From: a virus | Taxonomy: Duplodnaviria > Caudoviricetes | Length of the DNA stretch: 59,232 nt | IMG/VR virus record: IMGVR_UViG_3300033153_001737 | Span: 1-59,232 of that record | Strand: one strand, 5' to 3' | Shown: piece after piece, positions 30,440 through 39,193 of the stretch | Layout: each line of letters begins with the position of its first letter | Numbering within the stretch: position 1 is the stretch's first letter | Notes under the pieces: generated by a model | What the model saw: the letters and a program-made list of their open reading frames with translations, nothing else | What the model was told of the DNA's origin: nothing | Database searches by the model: none | Translations under genes and position numbers: made by a program

Positions 30440-30470
30440 AAAAAGGGGCTAGACTTTCATCCAACCCCTT
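30440..30470 (-). terminator. Intrinsic terminator
   Basis: - strand AAGGGGTTGGATGAAAGTCTAGCCCCTTTTT. Confidence 0.75.
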
Positions 30471-30499
30471 CGGTTTATTCTCAACTGTCCTTTAATTCC

Positions 30500-31156
30500 T
30501 CAAAATGGAGCCTGTTCATCACCGTCGCTGATTTCAATTTTCTCACCTTCAGTCCAGGGTGAATAACCGATAACCTTTAACGACTCGCCGTACACTTGTT
30601 TTCCGTCAGAATCTTTTACATCTTCCCATTGTTCAGTATCTTCATTTTTGACCCGACGTTTGTATTTCTTCCAGCCAAGCTCAATAATACAGGGAAGTCC
30701 GAGTACGTCATCTGCGTCAATTTTCTGAAGAAGTGGCTTCTCGACCTTAAACTTACCTTTGCCAAATTCCTTCATCGGAAATTCAACGCCAATAGCTTCC
30801 ATTCGGTCAGCATACACTTCGTTAGTCATCCAATCCTTTGTAGACTCTTCATAAAACCAACTACCGTCGTCCTCTACTTCAGCGCCAGTCATAAAGTCAG
30901 CACTAATATAAACCTGTTTACCATCGTCACCAATAATCGGAAGCCGTCTACGGTCAGCAGTTTCATTATATACATATTTAGGGACTTTAATTTTCTTAGC
31001 TTCGTCGGCAATTCGACAAGTTAGGTTGAATACCTCTTTACTGCCTGCCCATTCACGGCTTTTCATTCCAATTACATGAGCTGGATATGTGCCCTCAACT
31101 CGCATCGAACGTCGGTCATCTTCGCCAAAAGGTGTTTCTTTTTCTGGACTTCTCAT
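30500..31156 (-). CDS. Putative ssDNA-binding protein
   Basis: EGTYPAHVI N-terminus and acidic tail ending DGDEQAPF; near the Sak and exonuclease genes. Confidence 0.55.
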   Translation of the reverse strand: MRSPEKETPFGEDDRRSMRVEGTYPAHVIGMKSREWAGSKEVFNLTCRIADEAKKIKVPKYVYNETADRRRLPIIGDDGKQVYISADFMTGAEVEDDGSWFYEESTKDWMTNEVYADRMEAIGVEFPMKEFGKGKFKVEKPLLQKIDADDVLGLPCIIELGWKKYKRRVKNEDTEQWEDVKDSDGKQVYGESLKVIGYSPWTEGEKIEISDGDEQAPF

Positions 31157-31184
31157 TATTTACTTCCTTTAATTTATTAAGACT

Positions 31185-31227
31185 AAAAAACCCCACCGAA
31201 ACATTGTCTCGATGGGGTTCTTTTTTT
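31185..31227. terminator. Bidirectional intrinsic terminator
   Basis: A6-CCCCACCGA...TCGATGGGG-TTC-T7. Confidence 0.75.
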
Positions 31228-31247
31228 AGAATTTAGTATGTGTACAA

Positions 31248-31703
31248 TTAACTCTTTTTGGACGATTTTGCAGGAGCTTCGGCTACTGGAGCCTCTTCTA
31301 ATTTGCAATACTTCTCCATAAGAGTTTTGAATTCGGCACGAAATGCCTTTTGTTCATCTGAAGCAACACCGCCTCCTTTAAAATAAAGGTTAGGATATAC
31401 ATGGCCTTTATCTGCGTTTAACATGAACATTTTTGGTCCCTTTGAGCGACCAGCGCCATCACCACCAACGGTTCCGGCTTTACAAATACCAGCTTTTTGA
31501 TATTCTTCTACAGTTTGCGTCAAAAGTTCATCAGCGATATATTGTTTAATATCTTTGATTGCAACTTTCTTCTGCAATTTGGTTTTACCAATAGCGACAT
31601 CCAAACTGTCTGAAATGTCTCCAGTTTCGATTCCGCGTACTAGGACTTCTACACCAAATTGACTTCCACCAGCATCTAACAGCTCTTGCAATAAACCTGA
31701 CAT
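31248..31703 (-). CDS. Stand-alone hypothetical protein, 151 aa (likely start ATG 31703)
   Basis: SD AAAGGAG before MSGLLQELL; own promoter and terminator. Confidence 0.65.
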   Translation of the reverse strand: MSGLLQELLDAGGSQFGVEVLVRGIETGDISDSLDVAIGKTKLQKKVAIKDIKQYIADELLTQTVEEYQKAGICKAGTVGGDGAGRSKGPKMFMLNADKGHVYPNLYFKGGGVASDEQKAFRAEFKTLMEKYCKLEEAPVAEAPAKSSKKS

Positions 31704-31750
31704 TGTTAATGTCTCCTTTTTACGTTGTGTTTGCTTATCTTCATACACAC

Positions 31751-31778
31751 AATATAACGCGTGTACCTCTAAAAACAA
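31751..31778 (-). promoter_or_regulatory. Promoter-like element
   Basis: TTGTTT-16 nt-TATATT upstream of 31703. Confidence 0.45.
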
Positions 31779-31789
31779 GCGATATTTGA

Positions 31790-32053
31790 TTAAAACTCAG
31801 TGTTTGAATTACTTTTTTCTGATAAAATTAATTCGCGTACCTCAACTTCGTCGTCAAAAGTTTCAATTAAATCTATACGAGATATGTAACTGGGGTTACG
31901 TAATAGCTGTTTCCCGTCACTTTCAAACACTAACCAAGTCTTACCAGAAGGATGTGTAACGCCTTGGAAAACGGCGTAAGGTGTTAATTCTCCTGAGTTT
32001 AGCTCGACTTCATAAGCGTTGTCCACGTCTAATATTTCTTCCCAGCTATTCAT
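31790..32053 (-). CDS. Hypothetical acidic protein (likely start ATG 32053)
   Basis: 87 aa, overlapping the stop of the Sak gene. Confidence 0.55.
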   Translation of the reverse strand: MNSWEEILDVDNAYEVELNSGELTPYAVFQGVTHPSGKTWLVFESDGKQLLRNPSYISRIDLIETFDDEVEVRELILSEKSNSNTEF

Positions 32054-32729
32054 CTTTAACCCACCCATCTTCAAGGTCAGCATCACACAAACGAATCCAC
32101 TTCTCAATTTTCTGAGTAGATAGATTTAGCGAAGCCTTGTTAATAGTACCGTTAAGTATCTTCTCATCCATTTGCTGTCTTGTAGTTCCTTGTTCTTGTT
32201 CAAGCCAGTCAGCATCAATTTTAGACAACAAATTTAGAAGTGTTGTTCGTTCATCTTGTGACAATGAGGTGTCAACATTTCGATAAACGTCATCTGCAAT
32301 ATTCATGAATGTATTAAAAGCTTTCTTCATACACTCAGTATTGGCAGACTTCCAGGCATTAGATACGGAAACATAGCCGGTCTTGTCCTGTAGCAAGTAA
32401 TTAGCGTGTCCTGCCGTCATATCTCCAGTCCTGATAATGCCATTGTCATACCATGTCAGGCGACCATGTATGCTAAATGCTATTTCTAACTCACCAACAG
32501 GATGTACCATTCGGTCAATAATAGTCCAAGACCAGCCAGGAAAGTATTCGTCAGCGATTCGTCGCATGTATGACATCTCAACATAGTCCATCCCGCCATA
32601 ATCTTTCTTGACCTCATTCTTTGGTGTCTCAAGTGCAGATATTTCTTTGTGTACTTTTTGCATCTTCTCGAAAATTTGAGGGTCGAACATTCCGACCTGA
32701 TTACTAATTGGCGTCAATTGACTGTCCAT
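32046..32729 (-). CDS. Rad52/22-family (Sak-like) single-strand annealing protein
   Basis: MDYVEMSYMRRIADEYFPGWSWTI...NAWKSANTECMKKAF...IADDVY. Confidence 0.8.
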   Translation of the reverse strand: MDSQLTPISNQVGMFDPQIFEKMQKVHKEISALETPKNEVKKDYGGMDYVEMSYMRRIADEYFPGWSWTIIDRMVHPVGELEIAFSIHGRLTWYDNGIIRTGDMTAGHANYLLQDKTGYVSVSNAWKSANTECMKKAFNTFMNIADDVYRNVDTSLSQDERTTLLNLLSKIDADWLEQEQGTTRQQMDEKILNGTINKASLNLSTQKIEKWIRLCDADLEDGWVKDE

Positions 32730-34120
32730 GCGGTATATCTCCTATTGTTAATATTTTGTCTCGTAGTATTGTAACTATTCCAGTACCTACGACTTTAGCG
32801 ATTGGAAATTGCATTTCTCTCACTTTTTTGTTAATGTCTTGGAGTCTAGAAGTTTGTAAGAATACATCGTCTAAGACGGCTTCTAAGGCTACGACTTGAC
32901 GTTCTAGGTCGAATGAGCGAACTGTATAGGTTTTACCCCCTACAATTACCTCAGACCCTATAGTTATGTCGAAAGCTATAGTCCTAATTACTCTAATTCC
33001 GTTCATTTTGATTTCTTCATCAGATAATAAGTTGCTAAAATATCTTCATCTCTAATATTTTTAAAAGATGACTTTCCGTACCAACTCCAACTATCTACAA
33101 AACCACCAGTATAGCTGCCGAGAGAGGCTATAATTGGATTATTCATCAATTCATAAGTAGGACTTTGTCCCATAAATAAAGCAATTAAGTCCTTTCTGTC
33201 TAATTCTACTTTCATTCTGATAATTCCTTATAGTAAATTAAAGTTGGATAAACTTCTTCTTCATAACGATGATAGCCAAGAAACTCACCTTCAAGTGCAT
33301 CAATATATGGCATTATCCAGTTAAGAAACATCTCAATTTCATCATCATAATTCTTCAGATTAGATTGAATGAATAAAACATATTGATTAGTAATATCGTC
33401 ATATTTAAATATTGAATGACTTGGCGCATTAAAGTAATAACTATCCATCCAAAATAGCCATTCCCATTGCTCACATTTAAAAAACGGATGTTCAGAAATA
33501 GCTGGTGGCTCATTATCCTTATTGCTTTCTAGCCACTTTAATATATCAATAACATATCCTGGAGTCTCTTTTTTTAATTCTACTGCAAAGTGTAATTGTG
33601 TATACATTCCCATTATTCGCTAAGCTCCTTTATAATGTCTCTAATTTGTTGATACGACACTGTAACTTTTATCAATATGTCACAACACGGGCCAAAATTA
33701 GCACGGGTAGACAATTCAAGCTCAGCATTAGAAGCAGGATTATCCCACAACATTTGCAGAAACTCGCGAGAATTGTACGACTTAGACTTTTCTTCGTCAA
33801 ACGTGTGAAGATGTGAAGCGACAAAGTAGCCACTGTCAGTCTTTATAACAACGCGACCAGGCATAGTACAAGCTTTAACAATAGCTTCTTCTGGCGTAAT
33901 AGAATAAAAAGACCGACCGGCTACACGATATAAACGTTCAATTGCTGTCATTATTTCTAATTCTTGCAATGTCAAGGTCAATATTATTATAACATTTAAA
34001 GGCATCTTTTTGCCATTTTTCTAATTCTTTTATCTCTTTAGACTTTGATTCAATTGTGGCCCATGCGCCAACTAAAAAACCAACTAATATTCCTAAGAAT
34101 AAACCAGCTAAAAAACTCAT
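32704..34120 (-). CDS. Five small hypothetical ORFs (32704-33006, 33003-33215, 33212-33613, 33613-33951, 33938-34120)
   Basis: Coupled chain. 33212 begins MGMYT and ends FLGYHRYEE; 33938 has an N-terminal TM helix. Confidence 0.6.
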
Positions 34121-34122
34121 GA

Positions 34123-34857
34123 TTATTTACCTTTCTTTTTAAATGGACTAGGGCACTGCCAGCTAAAATCGCAGTAATTGCACTCCCAGCTTTGTACAGG
34201 ACATCCGAAGTCATCACCTGGGTATAATATTTCATCTTTTAACATAATACAGTCATCCCAATATTGAAGGGCTTGATTCTTGTACTTTTTATAGTTAACT
34301 TTCAACTCTTTGAGTTCACCGTCTCCTTTGCGCCAATATAAATTGTGCAGGACAATATTCTTGACATCGAGTTCAGGGTATTTCTCCATCAAGCCATGCG
34401 CATAGCTGATAAGTTGGAATATATACCCTAATTTATCGTAAGCATCTTTACCGAATACATATCGCCACGCCCACGAGTTAGTCGTCTTCTCGTCAATTAC
34501 CTCCAGCACGCCATCAGCAGTATGATAAAAAGCAATGTCGAGGTGGCCAACCACTTTACCATCATGCAGAGACACTTCTTCTTGGATAAATAGTCTTCCA
34601 TTTTCTTCCAACACCTTTCGCTTCAATTCGACGGCTAATTCCATGTCGTCACCAATTAGTGTACCTGTCCTCATGTTTCTCAAACTTTTAGCTGGCGTTT
34701 CCTTTTCGATTCCCTGTCTAGCGTACTGATGTTTAAGGAAACAGCTATTGCCACTAGACATTCGCCATTTGTCGGGGTTGTTGTTTTTTTGAGCCTCTGC
34801 ATTTACATCAATTAGATACTGATTATAAATATGAGGTATCATCTGTATTAGTCTCAT
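34123..34857 (-). CDS. Cas4-like PD-(D/E)XK exonuclease with a probable Fe-S cluster
   Basis: N-terminal Cys (SGNSCFLK), GHLDI, IDEKT, QLISY, C-terminal WECNYCDFSWQCP. Confidence 0.85.
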   Translation of the reverse strand: MRLIQMIPHIYNQYLIDVNAEAQKNNNPDKWRMSSGNSCFLKHQYARQGIEKETPAKSLRNMRTGTLIGDDMELAVELKRKVLEENGRLFIQEEVSLHDGKVVGHLDIAFYHTADGVLEVIDEKTTNSWAWRYVFGKDAYDKLGYIFQLISYAHGLMEKYPELDVKNIVLHNLYWRKGDGELKELKVNYKKYKNQALQYWDDCIMLKDEILYPGDDFGCPVQSWECNYCDFSWQCPSPFKKKGK

Positions 34858-35001
34858 TTATTCACCTTTCGCATATATGTACAACACAAATAAATATATC
34901 AAGCCATTAGGTATTTCACCATCAAATACATATAGCCCAATTATTGTTCCAATTAAAGCAACTGAAATATTAAGAAGTCTGTCTTTCAATTTCTTTGTCA
35001 T
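34858..35001 (-). CDS. 47-aa two-TM peptide (below the ORF-track cutoff)
   Basis: MTKKLKDRLLNISVALIGTIIGLYVFDGEIPNGLIYLFVLYIYAKGE; coupled on both sides. Confidence 0.5.
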   Translation of the reverse strand: MTKKLKDRLLNISVALIGTIIGLYVFDGEIPNGLIYLFVLYIYAKGE

Positions 35002-36194
35002 TTGTCAATTTCCTTTAAAAAGTCTTCAATAGTTGCCTTGATTGTTATGAGAGTATTTCTTGAGAATGGAACATTAATAACAACTTTAACTTCTTTTTTA
35101 ATTTCATTAAGAATGCAAAATTGAAGCAAGTTTATTCTTGCATCCAATTGAGTAATTACAACTGAATCGCCTTCTTGTGTAAGACTTGTTACGCTTTTCA
35201 TTGTTGTTTCATCCCTTCAAGTATGTTTTCATGGTCTTTACGATACTCAATATATTTACCTAATATAGCATTCATTTGGTCCATTGTTATGATACCAAGA
35301 CTGTTTATAAGTGAAAGACAAAACAATCGTTCAGCATCGTCATGTTTTACAGCAAATTGAGATATTTTCAAGTCAAGTCCTTGTTTCATTTCTTCTTCAA
35401 CTCCTTTTGTACTTGTTCTGATTCTCTAAGTATTCTAGCAATATAAAACACGCCTAATTTGTCAATTAGACTTTGTATATAATCTAGCGGATTCAGGGGC
35501 ATTACTTTCCTTGAGAATCGCGAGCTGAATTATCATACATTGGTACCAGTTACCTGTAATTTGTTGTGCATTAGCGAGGGCTACCTCCAACTGTTTTAGT
35601 TTGTCGTCGTCGTCGGTCATGGTAACAATTCCGTCTGACCCGCAAGATATTGAATGTATGTCGTCATTACATCGACTACGGCCTGTGCTTCTTCTCTGCT
35701 CTTGATGGTGAAGAATTGTTCTATTCCCCTGTCAGTATTAGCGGCAGTAAGTATAGTAACCGACTCAATACTACTTACCATCGTAATAACATTGTCACCT
35801 TGTACATTTCGTATTGTTTTACTTGTCTTAAATTGTTTCACAACCCACTCCTTTAAAAAGTTAGGGGCAGTCACACAACCGCCCCTTTGTAGTTAGCCAT
35901 CGCATGTCCAGATAGTTTGGCTAATTCATCAACATCCTTTCTAGCGATGTCAGTAATATAATAATTAGAAGTATTAAACCAGCTTGTTTAACTTGAGTTA
36001 TTATTAGCTGTCTCATTTTTGATAACCTCCTCTATTAACATAATTGCCGTAGTTAAATATTCGTCAATACCTTTAAATGACTGAAAGGAAGCATCACTAT
36101 ATTCATCCGTATTCCTGACTGCATCTAGCGATGTGTTAATTTGGTCAACCTGTAGCGCAATTTGTTTCAACGACTGTAGGTCTATTTTGTTCAT
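34998..36194 (-). CDS. Small early ORFs (34998-35201, 35198-35389, 35386-35502, 35462-35620, 35617-35874, 35988-36194)
   Basis: Chain with several ATGA overlaps; 35386-35502 (38 aa) and 35462-35620 (52 aa) were read by hand. Confidence 0.5.
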
Positions 36195-36310
36195 GTTAAT
36201 ACCATCCTTATTGCTCTTACTATTAAAAATACGCTAGCCCAACATCCGACTAAAAATATTGTAATAATAGTTAAGCATCCTATTCGACTAGGCAATTCTT
36301 TAGAATACAT
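36191..36310 (-). CDS. 39-aa single-TM peptide
   Basis: MYSKELPSRIGCLTIITIFLVGCWASVFLIVRAIRMVLT; SD GGAG; ATGA overlap with 36194. Confidence 0.55.
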   Translation of the reverse strand: MYSKELPSRIGCLTIITIFLVGCWASVFLIVRAIRMVLT

Positions 36311-36342
36311 TGCATCTCCAGCTGTTTATATTTTGATTAGAG

Positions 36343-36406
36343 AAAGGCCAGCAAGTGTTATCACGCGCTGCAACCTGGGGAGGGTCACAGCACCTTGCCA
36401 GCCTTT
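36343..36406 (-). ncRNA. Structured RNA element: nested hairpin with a C-rich loop
   Basis: 13-bp outer stem, 11-bp inner stem, loop CUCCCCA; G-U pairs indicate the - strand. Confidence 0.55.
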
Positions 36407-36425
36407 AGGGGTTAGTTAATTGTCC

Positions 36426-36571
36426 AGAGAATAGAAAAGGTTTTCCAGTTTAGTCGCCCAGTCATTAATGTATTAAAAGTCGGACATGGTCACATGAGCA
36501 GATATTTGCGCGGTGACTGCGGAATCAATACAACCTTACCGCTATTTGATTGACTTTTTATCCTATTCTCT
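36426..36571. ncRNA. Candidate multi-stem non-coding RNA
   Basis: Nested inverted repeats AGAGAATAG/CTATTCTCT, AAAAGTC/GACTTTT, GTCAC/GTGAC, AATCAA/TTGATT. Confidence 0.35.
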
Positions 36572-36584
36572 AAATTGTTTGTCG

Positions 36585-36752
36585 TCAGCTACTACGATTA
36601 CGTCGCTTACTAGCCAACGCAATTTTGTTCTTTGACTTACGCGACAGTCTGGCATCACGTCCTTTGTGATTGAGACATTCATCAATATCCCACCCATTAG
36701 ATTTTCTGACAACTAACACTCTCTCGATTCTCGCTTCTTCTCGTCGCTTCAT
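36585..36752 (-). CDS. 55-aa Arg/Lys-rich peptide
   Basis: MKRREEARIER...RLSRKSKNKIALASKRRNRSS, read by hand; starts 3 nt after the upstream stop. Confidence 0.5.
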   Translation of the reverse strand: MKRREEARIERVLVVRKSNGWDIDECLNHKGRDARLSRKSKNKIALASKRRNRSS

Positions 36753-36754
36753 TA

Positions 36755-36970
36755 TTATAAACACCTTTCTATTCTTATTCGTACAAAATGATTACCATCC
36801 CTTAAACGCTTAAACAAACTCCACAACAACTTAGCCAACGACCGATAAGTTGTATACTCTGGCCCTCTACCATTTCGATGCTGTTGCATTAAATTGTAGC
36901 GTACAGACATCCAACACCTCCATCTAAATTTTGATTCTGCGACCCTAAGTTTCTCGGTACGTCTCGCCAA
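36755..36970 (-). CDS. Arg-rich hypothetical protein
   Basis: 71 aa; TTG start, weak SD. Confidence 0.4.
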   Translation of the reverse strand: MARRTEKLRVAESKFRWRCWMSVRYNLMQQHRNGRGPEYTTYRSLAKLLWSLFKRLRDGNHFVRIRIERCL

Positions 36971-37413
36971 TTAAATTAGCAATGTTACAAGCAGAATTAA
37001 ATTGAGAGTTTTAACAGCAGAATGACTAATATTTTTTCAGTACTTAGACTATCATATTAAGATATAATTATTAACTATAGTAAGTAATACTATTATTATC
37101 ATATCATCTTTATCTATTCATATTAAGTTTTAACTCAATCGCCGTTAGGCTAAATTTAACTTCAAAAACACCTATTCCTACTATATTCTTAACAATGTTG
37201 ATAACTTTATTTTGTAGGTATAGTATAAACAGTAGTTTACGAGAGTAAAATATATTCATTGACAAAATGTTATAGGTCACTAACCTTCATGAGCTAAGTG
37301 TAATAAAAACAACAAACGCACGTAAATCAGGGGGTTTACGACTAACGTGTTGTTATTACTTAACTTACAAACTCGAAAACAGCCTAAAAACGTCCTCGCC
37401 TTAAGTATAGTAA

Positions 37414-37626
37414 TTACAGTCCTTTACGGTACTTTGAGCACCCTGAGAAGCACGAGAGCCTTATTACTTTAGCCTTATTACTATGTATATTTACAATACA
37501 ATAGCCCTTGTCTTCGTCCGTTTTAGAGTAAAACCAACAGTTTCCACACTTACGCTTAGTCTTCCAACGCTTCTTGAACTCACTTGCACAATCAATAGCA
37601 AGCCTGCAATCCTTACAGCTATTCAT
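37414..37626 (-). CDS. Small Cys-rich protein (likely start MNSCKDC)
   Basis: CKDC...CGNC...C...C...C; the longer start in the ORF track lies inside a terminator. Confidence 0.5.
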   Translation of the reverse strand: MNSCKDCRLAIDCASEFKKRWKTKRKCGNCWFYSKTDEDKGYCIVNIHSNKAKVIRLSCFSGCSKYRKGL

Positions 37627-37665
37627 AGTAGTATACCATTCAGTATTAGTTATTATTAATCGGGT

Positions 37666-37691
37666 AAAAAAGGGGCTAGACAACAGCCCCT
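37666..37691 (-). terminator. Intrinsic terminator
   Basis: - strand AGGGGCTGTTGTCTAGCCCCTTTTTT. Confidence 0.8.
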
Positions 37692-37698
37692 CTCAGTC

Positions 37699-37941
37699 TT
37701 AGACTGGCACCTCAGTAGTTGAACCAGTACCGTTGACAAATACACCTACGCCCTCTGGGATACCTGTCTCTTTGTAGAATGCCTGTAACTTGAGGTTGGT
37801 GCCCTTCGCTGATACCTTGGCAATCTTTGCAACGAGCGCGTCTTCCTCACCTGAATAGAATGCTTCCCTCTCGTAGCGAGTTGTACCTACAAAGTTGTCG
37901 TTACTGTCATACTTGTCAAATGAATTCAATGCTGTCTTCAT
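37699..37941 (-). CDS. First gene of the leftward block, 80 aa (likely start ATG 37941)
   Basis: SD AAAAGGAG before MKTALNSFDK; own terminator. Confidence 0.7.
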   Translation of the reverse strand: MKTALNSFDKYDSNDNFVGTTRYEREAFYSGEEDALVAKIAKVSAKGTNLKLQAFYKETGIPEGVGVFVNGTGSTTEVPV

Positions 37942-38224
37942 AATCAATACTCCTTTTGAATGAAACTTAACTAAAATCCGAATAACCGAATCCGGAAACC
38001 GAGGGGTACGTGTTGCAATATAGGTCACGTTTCAAAATTACCTCATTTTCTAGACAAAAGTTGCTGTTACACGTCCTAATTGTCTCACTTCCCGGCAAAA
38101 AGTTGTTATCGAACGAAAGTTAACGAAGTCGAAGTTGTCAGTAGTTGCGTTGCTTGACTATATAATGAAAGTTGGTGTGAAAAATTCTGTTGTTTTTTGT
38201 CATTTTTCGGTTTAGGTTAATAAC

Positions 38225-39193
38225 ATGGGTGCCGTAGCAAAGCCGCGAGTTGTTGAAATTGAGTCTGTGTACGGTCTTGAGGTTCGTTTTCAGGTGATTC
38301 GGCCTCGGGGTGGTGCCTCTCCGCGTAAGCATCTGGTGTTTGATTGTTTGGCTGACTTCGAGTTGTTTCACATGGCGCGAGATGGCGTGGTGCCAAAAGT
38401 GTCGCCAGATTGGCGCTTAGCTGACGAGGGAGATTGGGTTGTTGCTGATGCTGATGGCGGAGTTGCTCAGATTCTCAAGCGTGGTGGGTTGAAGCACCCG
38501 AAGGACTCGGTAAATTGTAAGGTTGCCCCGAATGGTTATTGCCGGACGGTAGTTGGTACTTTCAGTACTAACAAACGGTATCGCATGGATACCGATTTTA
38601 CTGCACATGCAAATCGCTACACTTTTACCAACAATCCTAATGCTTATTCGTTAAGGTATGCGATGACGCATCGGACGAAGTTGACTAACAAGGAAAAAAA
38701 GTTTGTCTCTACGTTGATGATGTGCTTGCAACAGGGGAATGGCAGGCAAGAGTCGCTAATTATCGCGGTCAAGGAAGCGGGATATGCGGCTAGGGATTTG
38801 CACAGGACTATGGAGAAGGCTAATGTTTTATTGCAACAGGATAGAATTATGAAATTAATATCAGAACAGATGGCAGATGCTGCTGAGGAAATCGGCTTGA
38901 CGGTCAAGTTCGTGATGCGGGGAGTGTACGAGTTAGCTTCAAGTGCAAGGCGTGAGGATGTGCGCCTGTCGGCTTTGAATCAGGCTGGTAAGTATATTGG
39001 CATGGAGCGCGAAGAAATCGACACCGAGAATCAGTTGGGAGCTGGCTATCAGGGTTTCGGTAACAAGCCGCTGACTGATGGTAAACCTAATGGCGAGTCA
39101 GAGGTAGAAGCGCTAGAGGCCGAGTTTGATGACTTTGGAGCGGCAGAAGATGTTGACAACAACGAAACAAATGACGGAGAAACAACAAAATGA
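38225..39193 (+). CDS. Putative terminase small subunit with an N-terminal extension
   Basis: KLTNKEKKFV..AVKEAGYA..ANVLLQQDRI..EDVRLSAL helical TerS-like pattern; first gene of the packaging operon. Confidence 0.6.
   Translation: MGAVAKPRVVEIESVYGLEVRFQVIRPRGGASPRKHLVFDCLADFELFHMARDGVVPKVSPDWRLADEGDWVVADADGGVAQILKRGGLKHPKDSVNCKVAPNGYCRTVVGTFSTNKRYRMDTDFTAHANRYTFTNNPNAYSLRYAMTHRTKLTNKEKKFVSTLMMCLQQGNGRQESLIIAVKEAGYAARDLHRTMEKANVLLQQDRIMKLISEQMADAAEEIGLTVKFVMRGVYELASSARREDVRLSALNQAGKYIGMEREEIDTENQLGAGYQGFGNKPLTDGKPNGESEVEALEAEFDDFGAAEDVDNNETNDGETTK

Noticed and set aside
36343-36571. tRNA or known ribozyme
   Set aside because: No cloverleaf with a TTCRA loop and no hammerhead CUGAnGA/GAAA core; kept only as unknown structures.
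34123-37400. CRISPR-Cas locus or mini-array near the Cas4-like gene
   Set aside because: No regularly spaced direct repeats and no other cas genes were seen.
17585-37941. Lysogeny module or prophage context
   Set aside because: No integrase, repressor, ParA or flanking host genes were recognised.
38138-38371. Short opposite-strand or alternate-frame ORFs in the track (e.g. 38138-38371, 42370-42678, 44040-44429 and those inside the giant gene)
   Set aside because: They are shadows of long, motif-bearing genes and lack SDs or recognisable features.
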